From Bugula neritina (taxonomy: Eukaryota > Animalia > Bryozoa), in NCBI GenBank assembly GCA_964035545.1, contig OZ037769.1:13236633-13300632 (forward strand): 64,000 nucleotides of DNA, in the 5' to 3' direction. Under the pieces are notes generated by a model. The model ran no database searches, had not been told where the DNA came from, and saw nothing but the letters and a program-made list of their open reading frames with translations. Positions 28,001-38,607 of this stretch are shown here, piece after piece. Each line of letters starts with the position of its first letter. The first letter of the stretch is position 1. Made by a program: the position numbers and the translations under genes.

Positions 28001-31000
28001 TATGCATCAAGCTGTGTGGCTGGCAATGCTAGGTGACAAGGGTTATAATATTCTGATGACATGCAACTAATGGCCTACGTCCAGAAGGAAGACTGACGCC
28101 AGGTCTTGCCTGTTACTAATTTTTTTTCTCATGTAAAATTGAAAATAGCCAATTGCAAAAAAATTAAATATTTTTATTCATTATTCAAGCTAAGTTACTG
28201 TTGCTCTGTATTTATTAATCAAAGTTCACCTCACAATACATTATTGGAGATTTCATCCCTTACAGGGAAACGTACCCGGGAAATGAGAATGGCGAGAGAT
28301 TAATTCAGAAGCAGCTAACTTTAATTGCCATAGTCTAGAAGCCTCTTCCATAAGTGAAGTTTTATCCGGAGTCCAAAGCATGGGAATCAGTCGACCAAAG
28401 TGAAATGTAATCCAAGAAGAATCGAGTATTTTAGTCCATTTGACCTTCGGTTGACCTTCACGGCTAGATCAGCAACACAACCAGCATGTAGCCTTGTTGG
28501 CGGACAAGGCATGAATAACCCAGTGCCACCTTCTCCCAGACCCACCACAGGTTCTGGAACTTCACCATGGCTCAAGGCACCAGGGCAACCAAATTTATAT
28601 AAGCTCCACCCAGAACTGGGTGGCTCAGCGCAAAAGCTGATTGGCTAAGAGCGAAATATGGAGCATTAATTTGTTAGCCTGGTAACCAGATGTACCAGTG
28701 TTTGGATTTTTGGCTAAGTTATTCTCAACTTTCCCTACATGTGACTGGGCAGCCAATGACTGAATAACCTTAAATTATCAAGTGTGAGATTTTTGGTAAA
28801 AGATAGGAGAAAAGGGCCAAAACCAATAAACTAGTGCTGTAGGGTCAGGTAAAAATTAACTAGCTGATGCTAAAGTCATGTGTACATGCTGCCTGGAAAT
28901 ATAGAAGTGGTACTGCCAACAGCTTAACCCTGGGAGAAATTACGGCAATTTGGAGTGAATCCCTAGCACATGGGGAGATAAAATCAAACACTTTCAAAGG
29001 AAGCAGACTTACTTGGCAGACTGAAATGCTTCACTTGAAAGCTGCATTCTGGGCTACTGCACAATTGATTAGACAATATATTGAAAAGCTCCATTCTTGG
29101 TCAGTTATTACATAATGAATTCATTGAGTATATGCTATGAGCTGTATGCACGTATTTCCTTTAAATGGTCCTAACCTCTCATGCAGAGAGTAAAAAATTG
29201 ACAACTAGACAGGCTTGTTTACTTTAGACAGCCCAGTAGATATTACATAATTATTACACATGCATCAGTTAGTTCAATCAGCCCCACTGCAAGCAGCATT
29301 CAATACAATGGGATGCAGGATTCAGCTTTTTAAGTCAGCTGCCTTTCCAAAAGGATTACATCATTGCCAGCAACTCATTGATTCTAATCAGCCCACAATA
29401 CTGTATGCAGAATGTACATCGTGTGCCCCTGGGGTCAGATAGGCTTTGATTGAAAACTGAAACTTAAGCAGTAGAGTGGAGTTTGCTATCTGCACACACA
29501 TAGCTATCTTGAATGCAATAAAGTTTGACGTGTATTATGTTTCCAGTTGGGGCTTAAGCACTCAATAGACCTATGCAAATAAAGCGTGTGCAATGCTAGC
29601 CAGCCATGTAATATTATATAACTGGTCTGCAACGTAATATCACCAGCAAGATTGGGGTCACAATGACATTCCATGACATTCTATGAAGACTCTGAACTTA
29701 TAGCTTTGACATTCAATGAAATGAGGCAGCCTGTGATAATTTACAACCATTGCTGCCACTGGTGCTGCCATAAGTTCAACTGTATTCGTAACCTCCTGGT
29801 GTCGCCATCTGGTCTATTAGGAGATTTACAAAATCATTATCAATGGCACAGCCGGCCTCAAGTACCTCTACTCAAGTCTAACTGTTCAGTTATTGATTAT
29901 CAAATAAGGTCAATATATATAAATAATCCGGGGCTGAATTTTAACCGTGATGAAGCAAGATATGCAAAGATGTATTATCATAACCAACTTTATTCTTATT
30001 CAAACACAGCCCCACACCACTACAAGGCAAGGCAGCATATCTATACATTGTTACTCATAGCATAGTTCAACTGGCCTGGCCGCATTCTTGCACTTTGAAT
30101 TTCGTACTGCACCCCTGCCGTTTTAAGCTGGTAGCTATTCACTGGTGGTGTAATGGTGACATTTTTTTACAATTCATCAGGCGAGATTGTTTTGGCTGTT
30201 AGTTGCCAGAAGGTTTTGTATTAGTGTGCTTCACTACTAGCTAAAAATGTGCCAAATATACAACAAAAACCGTGACTGTGAGTCAGAAGAGATACCGGAG
30301 AGCGTGTGCAAGGCGGGATATGATAATTGCAAAAAGTCTAACAGCCGCCTTATATTTTCTTTGAAACACGCCCATCCCCAAGCATGCAGCTAACAAAGAG
30401 CTCTGATTAGTCCTGGAACAAGAGTTTGACCTTGAAGAGAGCCTATACATAAGTGTGGATGATAATCCATTTAATCCAATGACACACAAGAGAGGAAAGT
30501 GAAAAATCACGAGGGGTTTAGTGCCCCCCCCACCACGGGCTAGTATTGAGACTATCTTTTACAGGAAGTAGATTAGCCATGGCCACTATATAGTTGGTCT
30601 TTGTGATTACTCACTACATGACTGACTTTTTGTTCAACATTTATCCAAAAAATCTGATCAACTTCCACCATTCATGGCTCCTATGATAAACTGAATACCA
30701 GCATAGCTAGCAGTAAAATCTTGAGTAAACCTGGACTACATAATGCATTACTTGAGATTGTGCTATAAGTCCTTATGATTGCTATCACTAAATCCTTGTT
30801 ATCCAATACATAACTGAGAGAAAGAAGTAAAATCTTTACAGAATTCCAAAATATCTTTGATAGTGTAAATTACTATTTAGTAACCCATGATAAAAAAAAC
30901 TGTTTTTGAGGTACTGCAGTGTGTTTTAATCCCATATACCATAACCTATTATAAAACATACAAATGAATTTTGAAAGGTGGTGTACTAAAACTACATCAA

Positions 31001-32120
31001 CAACTATCTGTATTCGAAATTCCTATGTTTGTGAGAAATCATGTTGTTTATTGGTGAACGGGTCAAGATGAGTTATTAACTTAAAACCAAAGCTGGATTT
31101 TACCATATTATTTTCGTAAAGTAAAGCCAGTTGTCATGGTGATACTTTTTTTCACCTTCATAATGACTTATGATTACTCATCGCCCTGAAAGGCGTTTGG
31201 TGGACCAACATCTTACAATCACAATGAATATACACAAAATACCATTCAATCAATAAAAAACAGTGAAATTTTTATGTGAGGGTGCTTTTAGTAAATCAGG
31301 TGTTAATTCCTCGATGTATTGAAATTTTCAATAATTGCTTGAGTGAAGAAATTTGTGTTGCCTGAAGATATAAATTTTCAGTCCTAAGCAATTCAAAGCA
31401 GGTAAATGATTATGTTTTATACTCTTAACTTTAGTCTTAGAAGTCATAGGCCAGATTATATATGCACAGTAAAATAACTCAGTCAAATAGTTAGATAACT
31501 GTACTAGGACTACTGTAGAACACTAGGCTATTGATCAACATGCAGCTTATCCAAAATATCCAGTATTTAAAATTAAAATATTTCTTTAAAGCAATATCAA
31601 TAGGATTGCAAAAACTGTTAGGCTCATTTTAAACTTAAAATATCAATCAAGTTGATATTTGGTAAAAAATAAATGAACTTAATTCCCATATTTAAGGTTT
31701 TTACATTTAGCGGGTTCAATTTTTATCTGGTCTGCACAACAATAATAAACACTAACTTAGGTTATTTACTAGTGTTTAAAGGTGATAGTTGATAACCAAA
31801 CGTTCTAGGGATAAGCGAAAATGTATGCCATGAGCAAAAAATGACACTGCACAGTTTTAGTGGTGATAAATTAATGCATTCATAATCATTATGATTACAT
31901 GATAGGTATGTTTAATTGTAACTTTGGTGCTTGGCTTTAAGCAGCTACTGAAATTTTTATTTCGTAGAATTATAAAATTTTAGCCTTTTAATCTATTGGC
32001 CAAAGCTAGCACTAGCAGTGTGGCTCAAGAGTCAAAATCACAATGATTAGAGTTGCTTTACTATGTACCAACCACTGACGATCAGATCATATTAATCCAC
32101 TCACCGGTGAAATAATCCAT
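1005..32120 (-). CDS. Multi-exon C2H2/CCHC zinc-finger and AT-hook transcription factor, more than 622 aa; 3' end lies beyond the left edge of the window
   Basis: Phase-consistent GT-AG exons: 32105-32120 (MDYFT, donor GTGAGT), 21764-21961, 19552-19662, 17898-18047, 16901-17081, 15088-15154, 12596-12758, 9800-9891, 8294-8587, 6458-6643, 5421-5604, 3939-4034, 1005-1134. Motifs: N-terminal CCHC finger DLHVCGFCKQTFKRLNLWLEHKQLQWC (ZFP64/ZNF341/BCL11 ZnF0 type); AT-hook KRPRGRPRK formed across a junction; fingers CPRC..HRHMNKKKPC, CGLC..HHSEKH, CRFC..HLVKH, CPCC..HFRDFH, CFIC..HMDYH, CWLC..HVRTDH; VMDLS (PxDLS-like). Several motifs exist only after splicing, which supports the model. Confidence 0.85.
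2062..2297. repeat. 32-bp minisatellite, about 7 copies
   Basis: Unit ATTAACCTGGTTATACA(T/G)TGT(A/G)CTGGTGTT(GC/AT). Confidence 0.95.
3723..3900 (+). mobile_element. tRNA(Ala)-derived repeat, family B; second copy at about 16511-16790
   Basis: A box TAGCGCAATGG, TGC anticodon loop and B box GGTTCGAGTCC are present, but the acceptor stem does not pair; the leader ATTACCCAGTAGCC is shared with the copy at 16511. Confidence 0.6.
4037..4575. repeat. 24-bp minisatellite, about 22 copies
   Basis: Unit CAGTGTAAGTA(T/C)ATAGAATATATA; explains three overlapping spurious ORFs. Confidence 0.97.
9596..9782 (+). mobile_element. SINE family A copy
   Basis: TGGTCTAGAGGTTAG ... GGTTCAAAC ... GTGATGTTAGGAAGAGCATCCAGTCATAATTGCTC ... 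CAGGGATAGCCACTAT. Confidence 0.8.
13490..13680 (-). mobile_element. SINE family A copy (degenerate)
   Basis: Plus-strand text CCATCCCTGTGAGAA ... GGAGCAATGATGACTGAATGCTCTTCCTGACATCACC ... CTAACCACTAGACTAC matches the reverse complement of the family. Confidence 0.75.
15518..15718 (+). mobile_element. SINE family A copy
   Basis: GGAGCAGCCGCGGTCTACGGGTTAG ... GGTGATGTTAGGAAGAGTATCCAGTCATAATTGCTCC ... CAGGGATGGCGACTATAAACTTG. Confidence 0.8.
16083..16168 (+). repeat. G-rich tandem tract with G-quadruplex potential
   Basis: GGGGAGAGAGGGTTA units with many GGG runs. Confidence 0.7.
16573..16740. mobile_element. 168-bp MITE, inserted into a tRNA-derived repeat
   Basis: About 34-bp imperfect TIRs AGGTAGGTGTAGTAATGGAGAAATTGAGAAAAGCC / GGCTATCTCAATTTCTCCACTATTGCTCCTAAAT; flanks AGGTTTCGGG / GGGTCTCGGG. 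Confidence 0.75.
17100..17360. repeat. AT-rich low-complexity tandem tract
   Basis: Recurring TATAATATTATA variants. Confidence 0.75.
17748..17830. repeat. Short tandem repeat
   Basis: TGACACCCT(ATC/GTA) units. Confidence 0.85.
19917..20083. mobile_element. 167-bp MITE (same family)
   Basis: Ends ATGTAGGTGCAGTAATAGAGAAATAGAGAAAAGC and GGCTATCTCAATTTCTCCATCACTGTATCTAAAT. Confidence 0.75.
21990..22410. repeat. About 31-bp minisatellite
   Basis: AGTGTCAT(A/G)TAGTGTCACACAGTGC.. units. Confidence 0.93.
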
Positions 32121-33271
32121 ATTGCTGCGTTATATTGCATAACAATGAGATTAGGAAATCCCTGCATCACCGTACATGTAGAAGACTAGTTGAAATGGCG
32201 ATCCAAAACTATCAGCGAATCACTATTAGTTTTACTGCTAAACTCAGTACGAGTAGTAGAGCCTAGAGAGTTTACTGTATAAAGCTGAAGGTCGAAGTTC
32301 AAAGTTAAAAATTATACCATTTAAATATGACTGAATGGGGGAACCTTTTCAACTCATGAAAGAGATTTCCCTAACTTTTGGTCCAAAAAACGCCACGAAA
32401 ATTTATTAAGACTAAGCATGATAGCTTTTCAATTTCTCAACTACACATGCACTGAGTGCAACTTGAAACACGTGCAATTGTTTACTGCGCAAAAACTGAC
32501 CAATGGCTAAAGGTTAATGCGTAATCAATTAGACATTACGTGAATTTACGTAACATCAAGGAAATCGTGTATATTCGTGTGTATACAACTCCAAATTAGA
32601 TAGAACGAAGTCCCAAAATCAAATTTATTTTTTCAACTAACGTTTCATTTCCAGTACATGCAAATACATAGTTACTATTAATTGTCAAAGTAACTGCCCC
32701 ATAGAGGTAACAATGGCATGCGATAACGTATATAAGTAAAATACGTCATGATACAAATCATGAAGTTTAAGTTTAAAAAATTTCATCACCCGAACCAAAA
32801 CTAAAAAAGCTACACTCCAACATTGAAATATATAGAACATAGTAATTGGTTTTTAAAAAAAATCCTCATAAAAATGAAATTAACTACAGTTTCCTGTAAT
32901 ATCTTTACAGTTATGTACACAAATATTTGATTAGCAAAGAAGTAAAAGTACTTAAGCAGTCAGTATGTAGTGTTGAGGTAACCAACCCCACATATTTACA
33001 TATATCTTTAAGGGCTAGCAACTCCATTAAAAATAGATATACGAGACACATTTTATTTGTTTACTACTTTATTAATCAAAGCAAATTAATATTTTGGACA
33101 CTACTTTATCCATCTTCGGAGTTATACATTCATTGTTTCATGTATTATTTTAAAGATGAACTCAGTGGTGTCCAAAATATTAGTTTACTTTGATAAATAA
33201 AGCGGTAATCAAATATAATATTTCTCGTACATTTATTCCTAATATTTACATATAGGCTTAGCTGTTGAATA

Positions 33272-36200
33272 TTAAACGCTTGGGGCTGGTGTTGGAGTAT
33301 TGGTTGGTGAGGCAGTAGGAGGCGCCGCTGTAGGAGGTGACGGTGTAGGAGGTGACGCTGTAGGAGGTGACGGTGTTGACCGAGATTGAATCTTAGACAG
33401 ATAGGGCTGCAGTCGACTTTGTATATCCTGCAGACACTGGTGGAGGTCGATGAGTTGCAGGTGATGCGCCATGGTCGCCCCGACAATCACGGTGACTATG
33501 AGTATGAGCACGATATCCTTGGCGGTGATTTGGTCAAGGAATCCCTTCGGCTCAACAGGCTTAGGGGGTTGGAGAGACTTTGGCACAACTACTGAAAGCA
33601 GCTGAGATTTCTTCACCTGCTGAAAGAAAGAATTGCCATAGAAAGAAAGAATTGTCATGCTATGAGATGTACAGAGTTGTCTACCCATTAAACTCTTCAT
33701 AGTATTAAACTAGATCACTAGGAGTTGTCTAATCATTAATAAACCTTTATCATCCGGAGTTGTGTACTCATGTAGATTATATTGGTAATATGAGGCAAGC
33801 TCATTGTGCTTTTAGTAATGCAACAACACAAATCAAACTTGCCATCCCAAAAGCAGATTTATACAACTTATTGTCTATGCGATTATTAAAATACTGGTTA
33901 TCCACTTCAAACTATTTATCATGGTAGATAGTGAAACTCTACTAACAAAAAATACATTATAATTGTACCACCATGATAAATAACACGACTACACTATATA
34001 CATTATGATATATAGCACTACTATATTATATTCATTATGATATATAACACTACTATACTATATACATCATGATATATAAGATTACTATACTATATACATT
34101 ATGATATATAAGATTACTATACTATATACATTATGATATATGATGACTGACTTTGAGAGAACAGGAAATAGCAATAAGTTAAGTTTATCAACTCTCAATG
34201 ACCAGGCATGGACATGTTGTAGAAGAGGTCGATAAAACACATGTTTTGTGGTTGCTAGGCACTCTAAGGACCTACAGGTAGGCAGGTGTGAGGGTAAATA
34301 GAAGAATAAGTACCTTAACAGACGCAGTAGCATCACCACCTGCGTATTTATCCACAATGGCTGAAACATTTTCTACAGTCCTGGTGATAGAGGAGGAGGG
34401 AACATTTTCTACAGTCCTAGTGATAGAGTTAGCGGTAACCGTGGTAACGACACCTGACCTTCGGGCTGAAGAGCGCAAAGGAATTATTGGCTCTCTCTCT
34501 TCTACCTCTCTCTTGACCTGAATAGACAAATAAGATTTTTTTTCAAAGGATTTGAAACAACAGATAGAAAACATTTACAAGGAAATGTAAACACCAACAA
34601 CAATAGATGATACAGAAACAATTGCAGTGCACATCAGCTGAGCTAACAACTATAGTGTCAGATAAAACGTTACTGTCGGTTTAATATATAGCTGTCTCAA
34701 AACGAATACAAATTCAACAGCAATGCACTTTACCCTAAGTTGACCTCAAATTAAGCTCAAGTTGACTCTAAGTTCACATCAAGTCAACCCTAAGTTGACC
34801 TCAAATTCATTTTAACCGACGGGCTCATCATGCATCAGAAAGGGAAACTGCTACTAGAAAATCAGACAGGAAGTAGCGTAACAACCAACTGTTCGAGATC
34901 GGGATCGACTCCTAGATCGCGCAGGACTCCTGTTGGGTGTTTTAGATCGACCTTTCTTTGCAGGAGACTTGCTCGCGGCTCGCGACCTTGACACAGATCG
35001 ACGTGACCTTGAAACTGAACGCCGCCTTGCCGGAACCTTCTTTTCAATTTCTTTGGGGGATTTCTGCACTTCTCTGGTGGGAGTCTTGGACCTGGTAGAC
35101 TTTCGACCCGGGGACCTTTTCTGCAACAAGTTCAGGAGGTGTAAGCAACAACGAGCTGACAGAGCGAGGCAGGGGCAGGGATTACCGAGCTGTATACTAG
35201 ATGAGAAGACAACTCCACCAACCAGCCTTCCAAAGCACAGCTATTGTAAATGTTGAGATTTTAAAAAAAATACAATCAGCCTTTGACAGGCAAAATGCAT
35301 ACAAGACTATTTAAATGAGGCTGTAAGCTTCTTTACGCTGACTTGCAGTGAGATTGCTGACTCTGTAGATGTTAATAACTGACCTCTTCAAACTTGGCTA
35401 TCTCGTTGGCACAGTTGTGTAGGTTAGCCTCTGGCTCCCAGCTGTGCTCAGAGCTGTCATAGCCCTTCCACTGGACGAGGTACTCTGTAGTGTTACCTCT
35501 TCTTCTTTTCTTTAATAGTCTGTCAACCTAATCAAGCAACCACAACCGTATCATATACCAGCACTCGTTATCATATAAATACACAATTATATCATATATA
35601 GACAGAAATATGTCCTATAAATATATTCCGTATCACATTAATAAACAATTATATTATATAAAGGCACATTATTATCATATGATTACCAAATTGAACCTCT
35701 AGTTATTGATTGACCTATAGTCATTACAATTTCTTATTTTTAATTGATGAATCAAATGATTTTTAAGTTTAGAACATAACACTAAGTTTACATCTAACAT
35801 GATTGAGAAGGATAGATCAAAAGGTGCAAGTATTTGTATTAGAATTGATATAATAGTAGCCACTAGTAAAATACCCTTACTAAGTTAATTGTTGAAAATT
35901 ATCACCCTGTAAATAAAAATAGGCTATACATCAGGCACCTACTCACACAAGTTTACCAACGGAGATTATAGTTGCCATCCCTGTGAGAAACCCCTGATGG
36001 AAGAGGTTTTTGTTTAATCGGGCTAAGGGCTAATTTAGATGGGGCACAGGAGCAAATGCATCTGGGCACTTACTGCTACCACAATAATATTATCTAGAAC
36101 CTTAATAGCTATAAGCTATAGCCTATATGAATGTAATAATTTGTGATAAATTTTTTGGCACTTTTAGCATTACTACACTGCCATCATAATCATCTGTATC

Positions 36201-37127
36201 TGTATTTGTGTTGAGTCTCTAGAGGAGACCTTCACGGAGGAGTGTTATGAAGGCATGACTTCAGAGATTTTAAGGTCTCTGATTGTCCCGGGAAGGACAA
36301 TCAGTATCACTATCACTATGATTATGATTTAACTTTCAAGAATAAATTCCCTTTAAGCTTCAACATATTCATAACCAATAACTTAACATTAAGTCAAAAA
36401 CTTTAACTTGAAGTAAGTTCAAAAAATAAACTAAAAGGTGTAACGAATAATTCATAATTGTCACTATAACTATAACCTATACTTATAGTTACAAGTATAA
36501 GTATAGCTCTTACGGTTACTATTACATTTACTATTAGTATTAGTATTACTATTACTATTAGTATTAGACTTGGAGTTATTACTATAACTATTACTATAAG
36601 TACTATAAGTATTAGTATAAGTATTGCTATTACTATTACTATTAGTATAACTAGTATACTATAAGTATTACTATTAGTATTACTATTACTACTGTCACAC
36701 TGAGTGACTGTCTATTAGTATTACTATTAGTATTAGTATTACTATAAGTATTATTACTTAAATACTAGTATTAATTAGTTACTAGAGTCTTGGAGTTGGA
36801 GTTACTGTTAGACTTAGAGTTCAGTTACACTTAGACTTACTGTTAGTGTTACAATTACTGTTAGACTTAGGTTAGACTTACTCTTAGTCATAGTGTAAGT
36901 CACTGTCACTCTGTCAGTGTGAGTGTTCCGGTTCGTGCTACACTTACTGATTATGAATATGTCTAATTCAAAGTGTTCTCAAGATGTAAACGCGAATTAA
37001 TAAACAATACGAAAAGATTAAACTTTATGAAATAAATTAACTGAATATATTGTCTTACACTTTGTTTCAATAATAGTAAAGTATACTATTTTACCTCAAA
37101 AATTACATCACTCTCAGAGCCCGCCAT
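33272..37127 (-). CDS. Chromodomain + RS-rich + single-pass transmembrane protein (319 aa), putative inner nuclear membrane chromatin tether
   Basis: Five phase-0 exons: 37095-37127 (MAGSESDVIFE), 35384-35527 (VDRLLKKRRRGNTTEYLVQWKGYDSSEHSWEPEANLHNCANEIAKFEE, canonical chromodomain), 34890-35120 (RS/SP-rich), 34314-34517, 33272-33619 (NAGNAG acceptor; hydrophobic IVLILIVTVIVGATMA, then a P/T/S-rich tail). Total 960 nt. Confidence 0.85.
33985..34142. repeat. About 30-bp AT-rich minisatellite
   Basis: TACTATACTATATACATTATGATATATAAGAT units. Confidence 0.85.
35941..36070 (-). mobile_element. SINE family A copy (5'-truncated)
   Basis: CCATCCCTGTGAGAAACCCCTGATGGAAG ... GGGCTAAGG ... GGGGCACAGGAGCAA. 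Confidence 0.7.
36455..36925. repeat. TAT/TAC/TAG hexamer-type low-complexity tract in the first intron of the chromodomain gene
   Basis: TATTAG, TATTAC, TATAAG and TTAGAC runs. Confidence 0.8.
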
Positions 37128-37390
37128 TCTATTTAAATAGAGTAAAAAGGAAACAGTTGTGGTTGGTTATAAAATTTCCGCTGCCACATATAAACGTAGA
37201 ACCTTCGTAATAGTGCCAGGAAGCATCAGTTAGCAATTACATTGGCTTAGAGTCTATTGCTAACCGCGCCCTCTCTCCGTTGGACCGCCAGTTTAAAGCA
37301 CTTTCACTTTGTTGCGGTTTACAATAATTGATGGCAGCGAGTTTAGTTGTGTGGCGATTGCTTTCAGTTTAACTTTTAGCACCCAGTAAA
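37128..37390. promoter_or_regulatory. Putative bidirectional promoter for the chromodomain gene and SHMT
   Basis: Short CpG-containing patch with a CCAAT box (ATTGG near 37241) between divergent genes, flanked by AT-rich low-complexity tracts. The SHMT ATG is directly preceded by a splice acceptor (CTGCAG|ATG), implying an upstream exon. Confidence 0.5.
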
Positions 37391-38607
37391 TTTATTAGTC
37401 TTTAAAATTTAAACATAAATATTAGCTAAATTGAAATGGCAATGCCAATTGAAAGCAATTTTAATTTATAACTGCATTTAACTGTTTTATATCAACAAAT
37501 TCAAATTGGGATTGGAAAAAAATTCAGCAAATTGAAATGCAAATCAAAATGAAAATGAAGCAAATTTAATTTAATTTAGTTTGTTTTTAAATTTTTATTT
37601 AATAATTATGATATTTCAATTTTTTACATTTACAATTACCTGTAGCTATTATTTATAAAACAAAGTACGAGAATAATTTGAAATATAGCTGTAACTATAA
37701 GTGTAACTAAAGCCAAAAGTATATTAATATTATAATAATAATTACTATTACTAATAATTTAAATAATAAATTATAATTATTAATTATAATTATGAGTTAT
37801 GACTACTGATTAGCATTGTCACTATTAATATTATTCATTTATTGTGATTATAATTGATTCATTTTAATCATGGTTATCATAATTATTATGTGGTCGTCAT
37901 CATTTTGTTTATCATATTCATTATGATTGTGGTGACCATAATTGAGTTCAGATACTCATACTCGCCCTGATTATTATGATAACAATGACTATGAGCATGA
38001 TAACTCATTAAGTATTATATTTATTTTTAAAGTAGAGGTAATAAAAGTTGGTTATCCATGATTTGCTTTGCTCTATGATTTTATATTTCTATAATATTAA
38101 TTAGAAAAACCTCAGCTTTATTATTATATTGGTAATAACATGCTGGTAATTGCTTCTTTGGAGCTTTTATGTTGAACATTAAGCAGCATGTAACATCTCT
38201 ACACTCTGCTTATAGTAAGTAAAACTAAAAGGCTGTTAGTGTTACTCCACTATTTACTGCTACTTGCACTTTTAATATTTCACTTATAGTTCTATTTAGG
38301 CTTTTTTACAATTCACATACAAACATAGTTTACTTAATTGAATTTACTCATGCTTATAGAAAATACTAAATAAGAAACTTTTCCATTAGGTTAAGTTTAT
38401 TGTGTTGTATTTACAATGCCTATCTTTTGAAGACAGATAATCTTGACTCATTAAATTGGGTATTTTGAAACTTGGGTTAGTGTTTTCAATAATGTCCAAT
38501 AATTCTTGCAGCAAGTCATTTTTAAAAACTATCATAAAAAGGGACCAAATAGGTTGCCGTTCGTTCACTGGTTGGCTAAATTATTACATAATTTTGAAAA
38601 TCTGCAG

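Noticed and set aside
26511-29442. Several 60-86 aa ORFs in the 10-kb first intron
   Set aside because: No recognisable domains and no phase-consistent exon chain found.
29673-30065. 130-aa ORF with IYINNPGLNFNRDEARY, faintly like the end of a Penelope GIY-YIG domain
   Set aside because: No other reverse transcriptase or endonuclease motifs are visible; similarity is too weak.
33272-37127. Calling the chromodomain-RS-TM gene LBR or HP1
   Set aside because: It has no sterol-reductase multi-pass domain or Tudor domain (LBR) and no chromoshadow domain (HP1), so no symbol was assigned.
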